This document shows positions 9,087 to 18,303 of a stretch of 64,000 bases of DNA, piece after piece. The translations under genes and the position numbers were made by a program. How positions within the stretch are numbered: the stretch's first letter is position 1; every line of letters starts with the position of its first letter. The notes under the pieces were generated by a model. That model worked only from the letters and a program-made list of their open reading frames with translations. It ran no database searches and was not told the origin of the DNA. The DNA is from an uncultured Ruminiclostridium sp. (GTDB lineage Bacteria; Bacillota; Clostridia; Oscillospirales; Ruminococcaceae), in NCBI GenBank assembly GCA_964489095.1, contig CAZAXM010000005.1, positions 1,347 through 65,346 on the forward strand, read 5' to 3'.

Positions 9087-9731
9087 TCACATCATTTCTG
9101 TAAAATCGTATATGTACCTTTCAGCCAGCGCGCGCAGCTCTGCCTCATTCCCCGCCGAGGTTTCGTCGTAAACCGCGACCGTATGAAAACCGCCGTCCTT
9201 TGCGCCCTTTATGCCGAGCAAAATGTCCTCAAAAACAACCGTTTCATCGGGCAGAACCCCGCCCAGCTTTTTACACGCAAGCAGGTATATATCGGGAAAA
9301 CCCTTCTTACGCTCAACCTCGTCGCTTGAAACAACCGCATCGAACAAATCAGCTATTCCCGTATGCTTTAGCGCAGGCTCAAACAGCTCCCGCCCGTTCG
9401 CAGTCGCAACCGCGAGCAGAACGCCCCTATCCTTAAGCTTTCTCAGGTACTCCGCTGCGCCTTTTTTTAACATCACCTCGTTGGAGTAAAAATCGAGTGC
9501 CATCGCGCTCCACTCCGCAATAAGCTCTTCGGGGGCGTCGCTGAAACCAAATCGTTTTTTCGTGTACACCGCTGTTTCATACAAGCCCAGATGTGCAATC
9601 GAAAGCATATAGTCGTCAGGAATCTGAAGATTTCTTTTCTCGAAAAACCGACGGTCGATGTCACACCAAAGGTGCATTGAATCAAAAAGCGTCCCGTCAA
9701 GGTCAAAAACCGCAGTTCTTATGTTCTCCAT
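9087..9731 (-). CDS. HAD-superfamily hydrolase (beta-phosphoglucomutase-like subfamily IA)
   Basis: FDLDGTLFDS is present, along with a later TANGRE and FEDILLGIKGAKDGG. The start at MENIRTAVFDLDG (9731) follows AGGGGGA. Confidence 0.85.
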   Translation of the reverse strand: MENIRTAVFDLDGTLFDSMHLWCDIDRRFFEKRNLQIPDDYMLSIAHLGLYETAVYTKKRFGFSDAPEELIAEWSAMALDFYSNEVMLKKGAAEYLRKLKDRGVLLAVATANGRELFEPALKHTGIADLFDAVVSSDEVERKKGFPDIYLLACKKLGGVLPDETVVFEDILLGIKGAKDGGFHTVAVYDETSAGNEAELRALAERYIYDFTEMM

Positions 9732-9742
9732 TTTTCCCCCTA

Positions 9743-11119
9743 TCATTCTCCGTCAAGCGGAATTTTACTTATGATCTTTTTACTGATATAAATATAGAAC
9801 ACGACGCAGCAGGCAAGCGACATAAGTTCGGCAATCGGGAACGACCACCAGATAAGCTCGATATTTCCCGTAAGCGACATGAGATAAGCAACGGGAACAA
9901 GCACGATAAGCTGACGCGCTGCCGATTCAATAAGGCTTAAAACGCCGTTTCCGAGCGCCTGAAAAACCGCGCACATTACAATGCAGACGCCCGCAAGTAT
10001 GAAGCTTACGCTCATTATCCGCAGGGCGGGAATACCCATATCAAAAAGCGCGGTGTTTGATTCGCCTTCGGTCGCAAACATACCGATAAGCTGTTCGGGG
10101 AAAATCTGGAAAATCGCAATGCACACCATCATAATGCAAAAAGCGTATGTAAGGCTCAGTCTGACGGTTTTTAAAATACGTTTTCTGTTTTTTGCGCCGT
10201 AGTTGTAAGAAATTATCGGTATCATACCGTTATTCAGACCGAAAACAGGCATAACCGCGAAGCTCTGGAGCTTGTAGAAAATTCCGAAAACGTTGGTTGC
10301 GACTGTCGAAAATCCGTCGAGAATTTTATTTATCGCAAATGTCATAACCGACGAAATCGCAACCATCACAATAGACGGGAAGCCGACCGCGTAGATCCGC
10401 TTTATTATCGACGCGGAAGGACGGAATCCCTTTACCGAAAAATCGAGTTCCTTATTCTTTTTCAGGTTCAGCGTGAGCGCCATCAGCATCGCTATTATCT
10501 GACCGATAACCGTAGCGGCGGCAGCACCCGCAATCCCCATTTTCGGAAATCCGAAATGACCGAAAATCATAATCGGGTCAAGTATAATGTTGATTATCGC
10601 GCCCGTCGCCTGTGTGATCATGGTGAAAAGCGTTTTTCCCGTTGCCTGAAGCAGACGTTCAAAAAGCACCTGCCCGAAAACGCCGAAGGAGAGCGTTGTG
10701 CAGATAGTGAGATACTCCGTTCCGTAGTCGATCACCGCCTGAACGTTTGTCTGCGAAGCGATAAACGGTCTTGCGGCAAAAATTCCGACAAGCACAAATA
10801 ACAGCCAACTGAAAAAGCCGAGCAGAATGCCGTTTTTTGCAACATTTGACGCGAGCTTTCGGTTACCCTCGCCGAGGCTTTTGGATAGATATGAGCTTAT
10901 TCCGACGCCTGTTCCCGTTCCGACCGCCATCATCAGATTCTGCATCGGAAAAGCAAGTGTAACACCCGTAAGCGCGTCCTGGCTCAGCTGCGCGACGAAC
11001 ATACTGTCAACTATATTGTAAAGCGCCTGCACGATCATTGAAATCATGATAGGCAGTGACATCGACATCAGCAGCTTATTTTCGGGCATATAGCCCATTT
11101 TATTTTCTTTCTGTTCCAT
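9743..11119 (-). CDS. MATE family efflux transporter
   Basis: The 458-aa protein has about 12 TM segments. Its N-terminus has the typical MATE pattern (LPIMISMIVQALYNIVDSMFV). Confidence 0.85.
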   Translation of the reverse strand: MEQKENKMGYMPENKLLMSMSLPIMISMIVQALYNIVDSMFVAQLSQDALTGVTLAFPMQNLMMAVGTGTGVGISSYLSKSLGEGNRKLASNVAKNGILLGFFSWLLFVLVGIFAARPFIASQTNVQAVIDYGTEYLTICTTLSFGVFGQVLFERLLQATGKTLFTMITQATGAIINIILDPIMIFGHFGFPKMGIAGAAAATVIGQIIAMLMALTLNLKKNKELDFSVKGFRPSASIIKRIYAVGFPSIVMVAISSVMTFAINKILDGFSTVATNVFGIFYKLQSFAVMPVFGLNNGMIPIISYNYGAKNRKRILKTVRLSLTYAFCIMMVCIAIFQIFPEQLIGMFATEGESNTALFDMGIPALRIMSVSFILAGVCIVMCAVFQALGNGVLSLIESAARQLIVLVPVAYLMSLTGNIELIWWSFPIAELMSLACCVVFYIYISKKIISKIPLDGE

Positions 11120-11150
11120 TTCTTTTGCTTCCTTTATTTTTTCAACAAGG

Positions 11151-11185
11151 AATGAGCCGCACGAGAGCTTGCCGTGCGGTTCATT
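11151..11185. terminator. Strong hairpin between apgM and the MATE gene
   Basis: AATGAGCCGCACG and CGTGCGGTTCATT form a 13-bp stem. There is no clear U-tract on the minus strand. Confidence 0.4.
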
Positions 11186-11196
11186 TCTGTTTCATT

Positions 11197-12402
11197 TTAT
11201 TTTCTTAAAAAATGCTCCATAAGCGTAAAGCCCTTTTCAATGTATCTTCCCGTCTTTTCGGCGCTCTCCTCGCAGAAGCAGTCAACACCCTCCGTCGGCG
11301 CGGTACTGTCGTAAATCAGGTACGGAACAGGCGCGTTGGTATGGGTGCGGAGTTCGAGCGGAGTCGGGTGATCGGGACAAATAAGCACTCTCAGCTCACC
11401 GCTGCCGAACGCTCCAAGAACAGGTCCGAGAATAAGCTCGTCAATAAGCTCAATTGCCCTGACCTTATTCGCGACCTCAAAGCGGTGACCGCATTCATCG
11501 GGCGCTTCAACGTGAATGTACACAAAATCCGCGCCGTCTTTCAGCGTCTTTATCGCCGCCTCAGCCTTTCCGCTGAAATTCGTGTCGATATAACCTGTCG
11601 CTCCGGGAACATTTATAACCTCCATTCCCGTGAACTTGCCGATTCCTTTAAGCAGATCAACCGCGCTTATCATCGAGCCTTTAAGCCCGTATTTTTCAGT
11701 GAACGGCATCAGGCTCTTGCGAACGCCCTCTCCCCAGAACCAAAGGCTGTTCGCGGGGCGAAGTCCGCGCTCAATACGCGCCTTGTTCACGGGGTGATCT
11801 TTAAGCAGCTCGTAGGATTTTTTCATCATTTCAAGCAGCGGACGGCTATTATCGTTAAAGCCAAGATAATTTTTAATAGGCTTGCCCGTGATGTCGTGAG
11901 GCGGCGTAAGCGTTCCCACGTCAAGCGTTCCGTTGTTCCAGATAAGACAGTGGCGATAGCTTACGCCGCTGTAATAGTGAAATTCGTCGGTATCAAGCTT
12001 TTCTGCGAGGAATTTCACGAGGATTTCCGCTTCCTCGGTGGAAATGTCGTCCGCGCAGTAGTCGAGAATTGTCTTGTCCTCGTATACAGGCTCGTCCGAG
12101 AGCGTAACAAGATTTGCACGGAAGGAAACGTCCGTGGGCTTCATATCAATGCCGATACTGCCCGCCTCAAGCGGAGAACGTCCCGAATAGTAAATTGCGG
12201 GGTCGTATCCGAGAACAGAAAGGTTTGCAACGTCGCTTCCGGGCTTGATACCGTCGGTAACCGTCTTTACAAGACCGATCTCCGCGCTTTTTGCAAGCTT
12301 GTCCATATTCGGCTTTTTTGCGCAGCCCATCGGCGTTTTTCCGCCAAGGTCGTCACGCTTTAAGTCAGCCATACCATCGCAAAGCAAAACAACATATTTC
12401 AT
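11197..12402 (-). CDS. apgM: Cofactor-independent phosphoglycerate mutase, archaeal-type (ApgM family)
   Basis: MKYVVLLCDGMADLKRDDLGGKTPMGCAKKPNMDKLA is the typical N-terminus, and HVEAPDECGH is the metal site. The start at 12402 has GAAAGGA upstream and abuts the stop of the upstream gene. Confidence 0.85.
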   Translation of the reverse strand: MKYVVLLCDGMADLKRDDLGGKTPMGCAKKPNMDKLAKSAEIGLVKTVTDGIKPGSDVANLSVLGYDPAIYYSGRSPLEAGSIGIDMKPTDVSFRANLVTLSDEPVYEDKTILDYCADDISTEEAEILVKFLAEKLDTDEFHYYSGVSYRHCLIWNNGTLDVGTLTPPHDITGKPIKNYLGFNDNSRPLLEMMKKSYELLKDHPVNKARIERGLRPANSLWFWGEGVRKSLMPFTEKYGLKGSMISAVDLLKGIGKFTGMEVINVPGATGYIDTNFSGKAEAAIKTLKDGADFVYIHVEAPDECGHRFEVANKVRAIELIDELILGPVLGAFGSGELRVLICPDHPTPLELRTHTNAPVPYLIYDSTAPTEGVDCFCEESAEKTGRYIEKGFTLMEHFLRK

Positions 12403-13370
12403 TTTTTCCAGTCCTTTCTTCTGAACCTTTCCAGAAACCATATATTTTCAGCGGTAAATTCCCTGCCGTTAAGGTAGTTCAGGATCCCGCCGTCTGTCGT
12501 AAATTTAAAAATCAGCTTGTAGCTGTAAAGCGCCTGATACGGATAGCCAAGCTCGCGGTTTATTTTATTCGAGCCGTACTTTCCGTCGCCAAGCAGAAAA
12601 TGTCCGAGATAAGCCATATGTGCGCGAATCTGGTGTGTTCTCCCCGTTATAAGGTCAACCTCCAGAAGGCTGTTCCCGCCGTTTACTTCAAGCACACGGT
12701 ATTTCGTTACAATCGTTCGGTTCTGCGGCGTCTTTTTTTCTGAAATGACAACGCGGTTCTCGCGTTCATTCTTGAAAAGATACGCGGTTTTAGTCGCCTC
12801 TCTCGGTTCGGGAACGCCATGCACTGCACAAAGATACAGCTTCGTAAGCTCCCTGTCGCGCACCTTCTGATTGAGAATACGCAGGCTCTCCGCATTCTTC
12901 GCTGCAATTACGATTCCGCCCGTGTTGCGGTCAATGCGGTTGCACAGGCTCGGCGCAAATGAAAATTCCTCATCGGGTCTGTACTCGCCCTTTTGGTAAA
13001 GGTAGCTTTTTATGCGGTTTATAAGCGTATCGCGGGAATTGTCGTTATCCTCGTGAACCACCATTCCGACAGGCTTATCAACAAGCAGAATGTTTTCGTC
13101 CTCGTAGATTATATCAAGAGAGCTGTCCGCCGTAAGGAAGTCGTCCTCGCCCGCCTTTTTTTCCTCCAGCAGCTCGTCCTTGATGTAAACCGTCACAATG
13201 TCATTTTCGCAAATCCTGTAATCCGCGCCGACTCTCGTACCGTTGACTTTTATATCCTTTTTGCGGAGTGTTTTGCACAAAAGTCCCTGCGATAAGGCAG
13301 GAAAGGTTTTGAGCAGAAATCGGTCGAGCCGCTGACCCGCTGCATTTTTGTTTACGGTGAGCTGCTTCAT
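12399..13370 (-). CDS. RluA-family 23S rRNA pseudouridine synthase (S4 domain + PseudoU_synth_2)
   Basis: An S4-like N-terminus (RLDRFLLKTFP) is followed by HRIDRNTGG-like NRIDRNTGG and GRTHQIRAH motifs. Confidence 0.85.
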   Translation of the reverse strand: MKQLTVNKNAAGQRLDRFLLKTFPALSQGLLCKTLRKKDIKVNGTRVGADYRICENDIVTVYIKDELLEEKKAGEDDFLTADSSLDIIYEDENILLVDKPVGMVVHEDNDNSRDTLINRIKSYLYQKGEYRPDEEFSFAPSLCNRIDRNTGGIVIAAKNAESLRILNQKVRDRELTKLYLCAVHGVPEPREATKTAYLFKNERENRVVISEKKTPQNRTIVTKYRVLEVNGGNSLLEVDLITGRTHQIRAHMAYLGHFLLGDGKYGSNKINRELGYPYQALYSYKLIFKFTTDGGILNYLNGREFTAENIWFLERFRRKDWKK

Positions 13371-13579
13371 CGCTGAATACGCACAAAGCCGCTGCTCTCG
13401 AAATGCTCAACCGCTGCCGAAAGAAAATCGTTCGGGTGAGTGCAGCCGATTCCGACGGTGTTCAGCGCGCCCACCGCCTTTTCCCACTTATTTTCCGTTT
13501 CAGCGTCGTCCTCGGCAGAAAACCAAAGCTCGCTCTGCCATGTGCCGAATTTCAAGCCGATAATATAAGGTTTTTTCAT
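13367..13579 (-). CDS. Hypothetical 70-aa protein
   Basis: AGGAGG lies 9 nt upstream of the ATG. Its stop overlaps the next start (ATGA). It sits between ddl and the rluA-like gene. I recognise no family. Confidence 0.55.
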   Translation of the reverse strand: MKKPYIIGLKFGTWQSELWFSAEDDAETENKWEKAVGALNTVGIGCTHPNDFLSAAVEHFESSGFVRIQR

Positions 13580-13601
13580 TTATCCATTCCTCCTGCGATG
13601 A

Positions 13602-14783
13602 TTACGCCTTTCCCTTGCAGCCCTTGCTTCCGCCGAACGAAGCGTTTTCGAGAATATTCGTGTCAAAAGAGAAGCTGAGCGACTGCGTTTCACGCTGACG
13701 CTTGAACGCCAGCGAAATCATCTTGTCAAGCAGCTCGGAATACTTCATTCCAAGCGGCTCCCAGAGGTAAAACGCAAGGCTTCCGGGAATAGTATTTATC
13801 TCATTGAGATATAACTTACCCGTTTCCTCGTCAAGCATAAAATCGATACGTGCAACGCAGCTGCATCCAAGCGACTTGAAAGCCTTTACCGCAAGCGTGC
13901 GGACTTCTTCGCGCAGTTCAGGTGAAATATCCGCGGGAATTTTCCGCTTTAGCGCAGCCATACCCTTTGAGCCTTTTGAGCCGCCGACATATTTATCCTG
14001 ATAGCTTAAAATTTCATCGTTTGCGACAGGCTCCTCGCACTCGCTCGCCTGTGCGTCCTCATAGTCGCCGAGAACCGAACAGTTGATTTCTTTCAGCTTA
14101 GTTACGGCGTTTTCGACCAATACCCGCAGAGCGAATGTAAAGCCGTATTCAAGTGCTTCGGTAAGCTCCTCGCGGTTTTTTGCCTTGCGGATCCCAACGC
14201 TTGAACCTAAATTTACAGGCTTTACGATAACGGGATAATTTGTCCGGCTCTCGATTGCCGCTAATATTTCATCGGGATTTTTCGTATATTCTTTGACATT
14301 TACCACCGCACATGGCAAAACGGGAATATCGTTGTCCTTAAACACGGTTTTCATAACGTACTTATCCATTCCGACTGCCGACGAAAGCACGTCACACGAC
14401 GCATAGGGGACGCCGAGCGTCTGCAAATACCCCTGAAGCGCTCCGTCCTCAACATTTGTACCGTGAACGGCAGGAAGTACAACGTCAAGCTGTCCCATAA
14501 CGTTCTCGCCGAATTTTTTCATAGGATAGCGCATAAGCTTCAGCCCGCCGTCCTGCACGGGAATGACCTGCGTACTGTTTTTGAGAAGCTCGTTTATGCG
14601 GCGGTAAGCCTCTATTTTTCCGACCTGTTCGCCTACGAAAAAGCGACCGTCCTTTGTGATATAAACGGGGATAACCTCGTATTTTTCCTTGTTCATTGCC
14701 GCGCACGCCTGAAGCCCGGTAATTACCGAAACCTCATGCTCTACGCTTTTTCCTCCGAAAAACACGCCGACTCTGATTTTCAT
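13602..14783 (-). CDS. ddl: D-alanine--D-alanine ligase (long form)
   Basis: MKIRVGVFFGGKSVEHEVSVITG and an ATP-grasp core (VIVKPVNLGSSVGI, ARIDFMLDEETGKLYLNEINTIPG) are present. Confidence 0.9.
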   Translation of the reverse strand: MKIRVGVFFGGKSVEHEVSVITGLQACAAMNKEKYEVIPVYITKDGRFFVGEQVGKIEAYRRINELLKNSTQVIPVQDGGLKLMRYPMKKFGENVMGQLDVVLPAVHGTNVEDGALQGYLQTLGVPYASCDVLSSAVGMDKYVMKTVFKDNDIPVLPCAVVNVKEYTKNPDEILAAIESRTNYPVIVKPVNLGSSVGIRKAKNREELTEALEYGFTFALRVLVENAVTKLKEINCSVLGDYEDAQASECEEPVANDEILSYQDKYVGGSKGSKGMAALKRKIPADISPELREEVRTLAVKAFKSLGCSCVARIDFMLDEETGKLYLNEINTIPGSLAFYLWEPLGMKYSELLDKMISLAFKRQRETQSLSFSFDTNILENASFGGSKGCKGKA

Positions 14784-14822
14784 AGCTGCTGTTCCTTTCT
14801 TTATATGTCACTTTATATCATA

Positions 14823-16394
14823 TCAATAGTTATCAGGAAGGTCGTTTTCGAGAAGAATTGTTCTCGGCATACCCGCCTTTTCCCCATACGCGATTTTTAA
14901 GCCGTCATTCAGGCTTACGCAGACGTGGATTTTCTCCGCAGGGAATCCGGCTTCAAGCAGCCCCTCGCGAATCGGAGGCGCCTGACGCTCGCCTACAAGA
15001 ACCGCGATATCGCAGCACCCCGCCGCATATTCCCCAAGCTCTTTATTAAGCTGATATTCGCGCTCACCAAGCTCAACCATTCCCGGCGTTACCAGAACAC
15101 GAAGTCCCTCAAAGCCCGACAGAGTTTTAAGCGCCGCACGAGCGCCCGCAGGGTTCGAGTTGAAAGCATCGTCAATTACCGTTATACCATTGCCCTTATC
15201 GAGGATCTCCATTCGGTGCGGCACACATTCCAGCCGCTTAACGGGAAAAACAAGCTCTGTAAGCGGTATTCCGAAACTGTTCGCAACAGCTATCGCCCCG
15301 ACAATATTCTGCACATTGTGTTCGCCGAGCAGGCGCGTGGTAAAGGTCTGCCGCTCTGCTCCGTGAACAACTGTAAAGGTCGTACCCTTGCGGGAAACGG
15401 AAATATCTGTTCCCGTGTAGTCATATTCTCCGCCGATTCCGTAGGTGATTTTATTTTTATCGGTTTTGCGGTTTCGGATATACTCGTTGTCGTAGTTGAG
15501 AAAAACCGTGCCGTCCGTTATGCAGTCGGCGATCTCGAATTTTGTTTTTATGATATTGTCAAGCGAACCGAAGGTTTCGAGGTGCTGTTCGCCGATCGAC
15601 GTGATCATACTGTGCTTCGGGTGAACAATATCGCATATCTCCTTGATTTCGCCCACGCCCTTCGCGCCCATTTCGCAAATGAAGAACTCGTGAGAAGCGT
15701 TGAGCGAACCGCGGATCGTCTTTACCACGCCCATTGTCGTGTTGTAGCTTTCCGGCGTCATAAGCACGTTGTATTTTGCGGAAAGAAGTTTATTGAGGTA
15801 GAATTTCGTGGAGGTTTTTCCATAGCTGCCTGTAATTCCGATAACGATCGTGTTCGGAAGCTCGTTTATGATACGCTTTGCGTCGTTGATGTAGTGGTTG
15901 TTCACTCCCTTTTCGACAGGCTTATTGATGAAATTAGCAATCATCGGCATAAGCAGCGAGAAAACCTGCCACAAACAGAGAACGGGCAGATACAAACGGC
16001 TGTTCCAAAGGAAAATCATCGAAAGCGCACAAACCGCGCCATACACAACAACGCTCGTAACGCACATTCTTATAACGCGCGGAGTGAAAACCAGCTTCTT
16101 TTTCGCAGGCTTACGCTTACAGAAAAGACAGCCGACGCACAAAAGAACCGCGCACACAATCAGAGCGGGCATATCGCCGAGGTTGATCAAAAACACCTCA
16201 AGCACTGCGAAAACTGCCGCGGCAAGCGCGAAAGTATGTCGTAAAGCGATATTTCCGATATTCTTTTTTATCCACTCCCCCTGCTCAAACGCGGAGTAGG
16301 AGTTTAGCTGGAACATATGCATATAATGCACGAAATTAAGCGTAAAGCCTAGAAGAAGTGCGGCAAAAAATAAAATAAACGACCCGATAAGCAT
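14823..16394 (-). CDS. MurF-like Mur ligase with ~165-aa N-terminal multi-pass membrane domain
   Basis: It has the P-loop GITGSYGKTSTK and the MurF-type C-terminus DDAFNSNPAGARAALKTL...GMVELG. The first ~165 aa form four or five TM helices in place of the usual soluble domain 1. Confidence 0.8.
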   Translation of the reverse strand: MLIGSFILFFAALLLGFTLNFVHYMHMFQLNSYSAFEQGEWIKKNIGNIALRHTFALAAAVFAVLEVFLINLGDMPALIVCAVLLCVGCLFCKRKPAKKKLVFTPRVIRMCVTSVVVYGAVCALSMIFLWNSRLYLPVLCLWQVFSLLMPMIANFINKPVEKGVNNHYINDAKRIINELPNTIVIGITGSYGKTSTKFYLNKLLSAKYNVLMTPESYNTTMGVVKTIRGSLNASHEFFICEMGAKGVGEIKEICDIVHPKHSMITSIGEQHLETFGSLDNIIKTKFEIADCITDGTVFLNYDNEYIRNRKTDKNKITYGIGGEYDYTGTDISVSRKGTTFTVVHGAERQTFTTRLLGEHNVQNIVGAIAVANSFGIPLTELVFPVKRLECVPHRMEILDKGNGITVIDDAFNSNPAGARAALKTLSGFEGLRVLVTPGMVELGEREYQLNKELGEYAAGCCDIAVLVGERQAPPIREGLLEAGFPAEKIHVCVSLNDGLKIAYGEKAGMPRTILLENDLPDNY

Positions 16395-16408
16395 AATAAT
16401 TGTCCTTT

Positions 16409-17203
16409 TCAGTCTATATTCAGAAATGAGGAGATGATCCTAAGAAATCTGTACTGCTGTTCAAGAAAGGCGTAATGCCCCGCCCCCGCAAGCGTCACAA
16501 GCGCAGCGTTCGGCATTTCCCTTTCCATCGTCTGTCCGTCGGAAAGCGGCGTAGCGTCGTCGTTTTCGCCCCAGATGAGCAGAACTTCCTGTTTCACCAG
16601 CGGCAAAAGCGGCGATAAATCCTCGTTTACAACCTTAACCAGCACCTGCCGCATCATCGGCGAAGCAGCGCGGTAATCAGCTGAACCGTGCTTGCTGCGG
16701 AATTTTTCAAGTGCGTTCGGAAACAAAGTTTTCATCGGCGCAGACGACAAAAAAGCCTTGCCGCGCTGATAAACCCTTGCCTTTTTTTCAGCCTTTTCAG
16801 AACGCGGCGGCTTTATGCCCGCGCTGCCCGTTAAAATAACCTTTTCAACGGTAATCGGGCAATTTTCCCGCGAAAGCAGCTTTATAATCACCCGCCCGCC
16901 GAAGCTATGCCCCAGCAGAACGGTTTTTTCAATGCCCATTTTACGGCAGAATGAAATAATAAAATCAACGTATCCGTCAACGTCCCAAGGCTCGCCCGGC
17001 TCGTCCGACCCGCCGAAACCCGGAAAATCGACCGCGTAAACGGTATAGCGTTTTTTTGCCGTTTCGACAATTGCGGAAAAAAGAGAAATATTCGCGCCCC
17101 AACCGTGAAGCAGCAACAGGTTTTCGCCGCTTCCTGCTTTAATATAATTCACCGAAACACCGTTAATTTCAGCCGTCAAAGCAATCTCCCCCTTTTTACC
17201 CAT
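16409..17203 (-). CDS. Alpha/beta-fold hydrolase
   Basis: LLLLHGWGAN, the nucleophile elbow GHSFGG, and a C-terminal GAGHYAF are present. Confidence 0.8.
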   Translation of the reverse strand: MGKKGEIALTAEINGVSVNYIKAGSGENLLLLHGWGANISLFSAIVETAKKRYTVYAVDFPGFGGSDEPGEPWDVDGYVDFIISFCRKMGIEKTVLLGHSFGGRVIIKLLSRENCPITVEKVILTGSAGIKPPRSEKAEKKARVYQRGKAFLSSAPMKTLFPNALEKFRSKHGSADYRAASPMMRQVLVKVVNEDLSPLLPLVKQEVLLIWGENDDATPLSDGQTMEREMPNAALVTLAGAGHYAFLEQQYRFLRIISSFLNID

Positions 17204-17294
17204 ATTATATTATACTCTTATACGTTCCATTTGTCAAGAAAAATACGAAATGTCCGCGCCTTTTTGCGGACGCGGACTGTTTCTCGCCGCATTT

Positions 17295-17534
17295 TCAAAG
17301 CGGGAGTTTAAAATCCAACCCTATGTACAAAAGCGCAAGCAGCAGCGATTTATCCGCGCCCTGTCTGAACAGAACATACGCCAGTATAAGAACAAGCGCG
17401 CTGTCGCCGTCAACCGGAACATCAGAGCCGACTCCCATTGTACGCCTGCCCGCACCTCGGACAGCTCCCGCCGTTATGCCTGTTGACGTACCCGCCAAGC
17501 GACTGCGGCTGTGAGGACGGCTTCTCCCGTACAT
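17295..17534 (-). CDS. Short ORF with hydrophobic LLLALLY tail. It may be the frameshifted C-terminus of the upstream 176-aa ORF, or a separate 47-aa peptide starting at 17438.
   Basis: It overlaps the 3' end of ORF 17422-17952 in another frame. Only the last ~45 aa (GSDVPVDGDSALVLILAYVLFRQGADKSLLLALLYIGL) look protein-like. Confidence 0.35.
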   Translation of the reverse strand: MYGRSRPHSRSRLAGTSTGITAGAVRGAGRRTMGVGSDVPVDGDSALVLILAYVLFRQGADKSLLLALLYIGLDFKLPL

Positions 17535-17952
17535 CCGACTGACCGTAAACGCGGCGCATTTCCTCAGTTTTTTCGCTCATTTCCTCCAGAATTTCCGCTG
17601 CCCGCTTTAGCCCCTCGCCGCTTACTGTGCCGTTTTCAGCCGCTGTTTTTAGCTCTTCCTTATCGAAAACGCCGAAGGTTGTTTTTTCCTCGTCCCGCTC
17701 CTCTTTTTGAACAGGCTGTTCCTGCTCGGTTTTGACAGGCTCTGCGGGTTCATTTGCAGCTTCCTGCTCGTTTTGGACAGGCTCTGCGGGTTCATTTGCA
17801 GCTTCCTGCTCGTTTTGGACAGGCTCCGGCGGAAGCGCCTGAACAGGTGTACTAAACGACGCTTTTTTCGCCATATTCATTGCAGCTTCGATATATTCGC
17901 GCTGTCTGCGCTCCATTTCCTCCGCTGTTATACTGCTTCTGCTCCATTCCAT
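17422..17952 (-). CDS. Hypothetical acidic low-complexity protein with tandem 14-aa repeats
   Basis: The 176-aa protein contains EPVQNEQEAANEPA twice, encoded by a perfect 42-bp DNA repeat. I recognise no family. Confidence 0.6.
   Translation of the reverse strand: MEWSRSSITAEEMERRQREYIEAAMNMAKKASFSTPVQALPPEPVQNEQEAANEPAEPVQNEQEAANEPAEPVKTEQEQPVQKEERDEEKTTFGVFDKEELKTAAENGTVSGEGLKRAAEILEEMSEKTEEMRRVYGQSDVREKPSSQPQSLGGYVNRHNGGSCPRCGQAYNGSRL
17734..17832. repeat. 42-bp tandem repeat, two perfect copies plus a partial third
   Basis: GACAGGCTCTGCGGGTTCATTTGCAGCTTCCTGCTCGTTTTG occurs at 17734-17775 and 17776-17817. A diverging copy starts at 17818, and a partial copy lies upstream. Confidence 0.95.
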
Positions 17953-17966
17953 ATAAAATGTTCCTC

Positions 17967-18278
17967 CTAAAATAATTTATCTCCCAGTCCGTTTTCACGC
18001 AGCAGCATAAAAACAGACATAAGCTTCATCAGCTTTACCGCCTTATCGACCTTCGCGCGGTTCTCTTCGCGCAGGTGTGGTTTAAGGGCGAGGAGAAGCT
18101 CTGTATTTTTATCAGAGCTGTTAAGCTGAGAAAAAGCATCCATAAGCTTCATTATGGTTTCAACGTCAATATCGCCGAAAATTCCATTTTCCTCGCCTTC
18201 GCCGTTCTTATCTGAGCCGCCGTCCTTTTCGGAGGAGAACTGACCGAGAAGCGCGGAAAGCTCGTCTAAATCAACCAA
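17967..18278 (-). CDS. Hypothetical small acidic protein (103 aa)
   Basis: The ORF has good spacing to its neighbours. It contains ELLLALKPHLREENRAKVDKAVKLMKL, a motif I recall from small conserved clostridial proteins of unknown function. Confidence 0.6.
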   Translation of the reverse strand: MVDLDELSALLGQFSSEKDGGSDKNGEGEENGIFGDIDVETIMKLMDAFSQLNSSDKNTELLLALKPHLREENRAKVDKAVKLMKLMSVFMLLRENGLGDKLF

Positions 18279-18303
18279 TCTTAATCTCCTCCGTTAAATA
18301 TGT

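Noticed and set aside
11212-12363. 383-aa plus-strand ORF opposite apgM
   Set aside because: It is a shadow of the ApgM frame. The product is Arg-rich and nonsensical, and no RBS is present.
14925-16244. 439-aa plus-strand ORF opposite the MurF-like gene
   Set aside because: It is a shadow ORF; the minus-strand frame carries clear Mur-ligase motifs.
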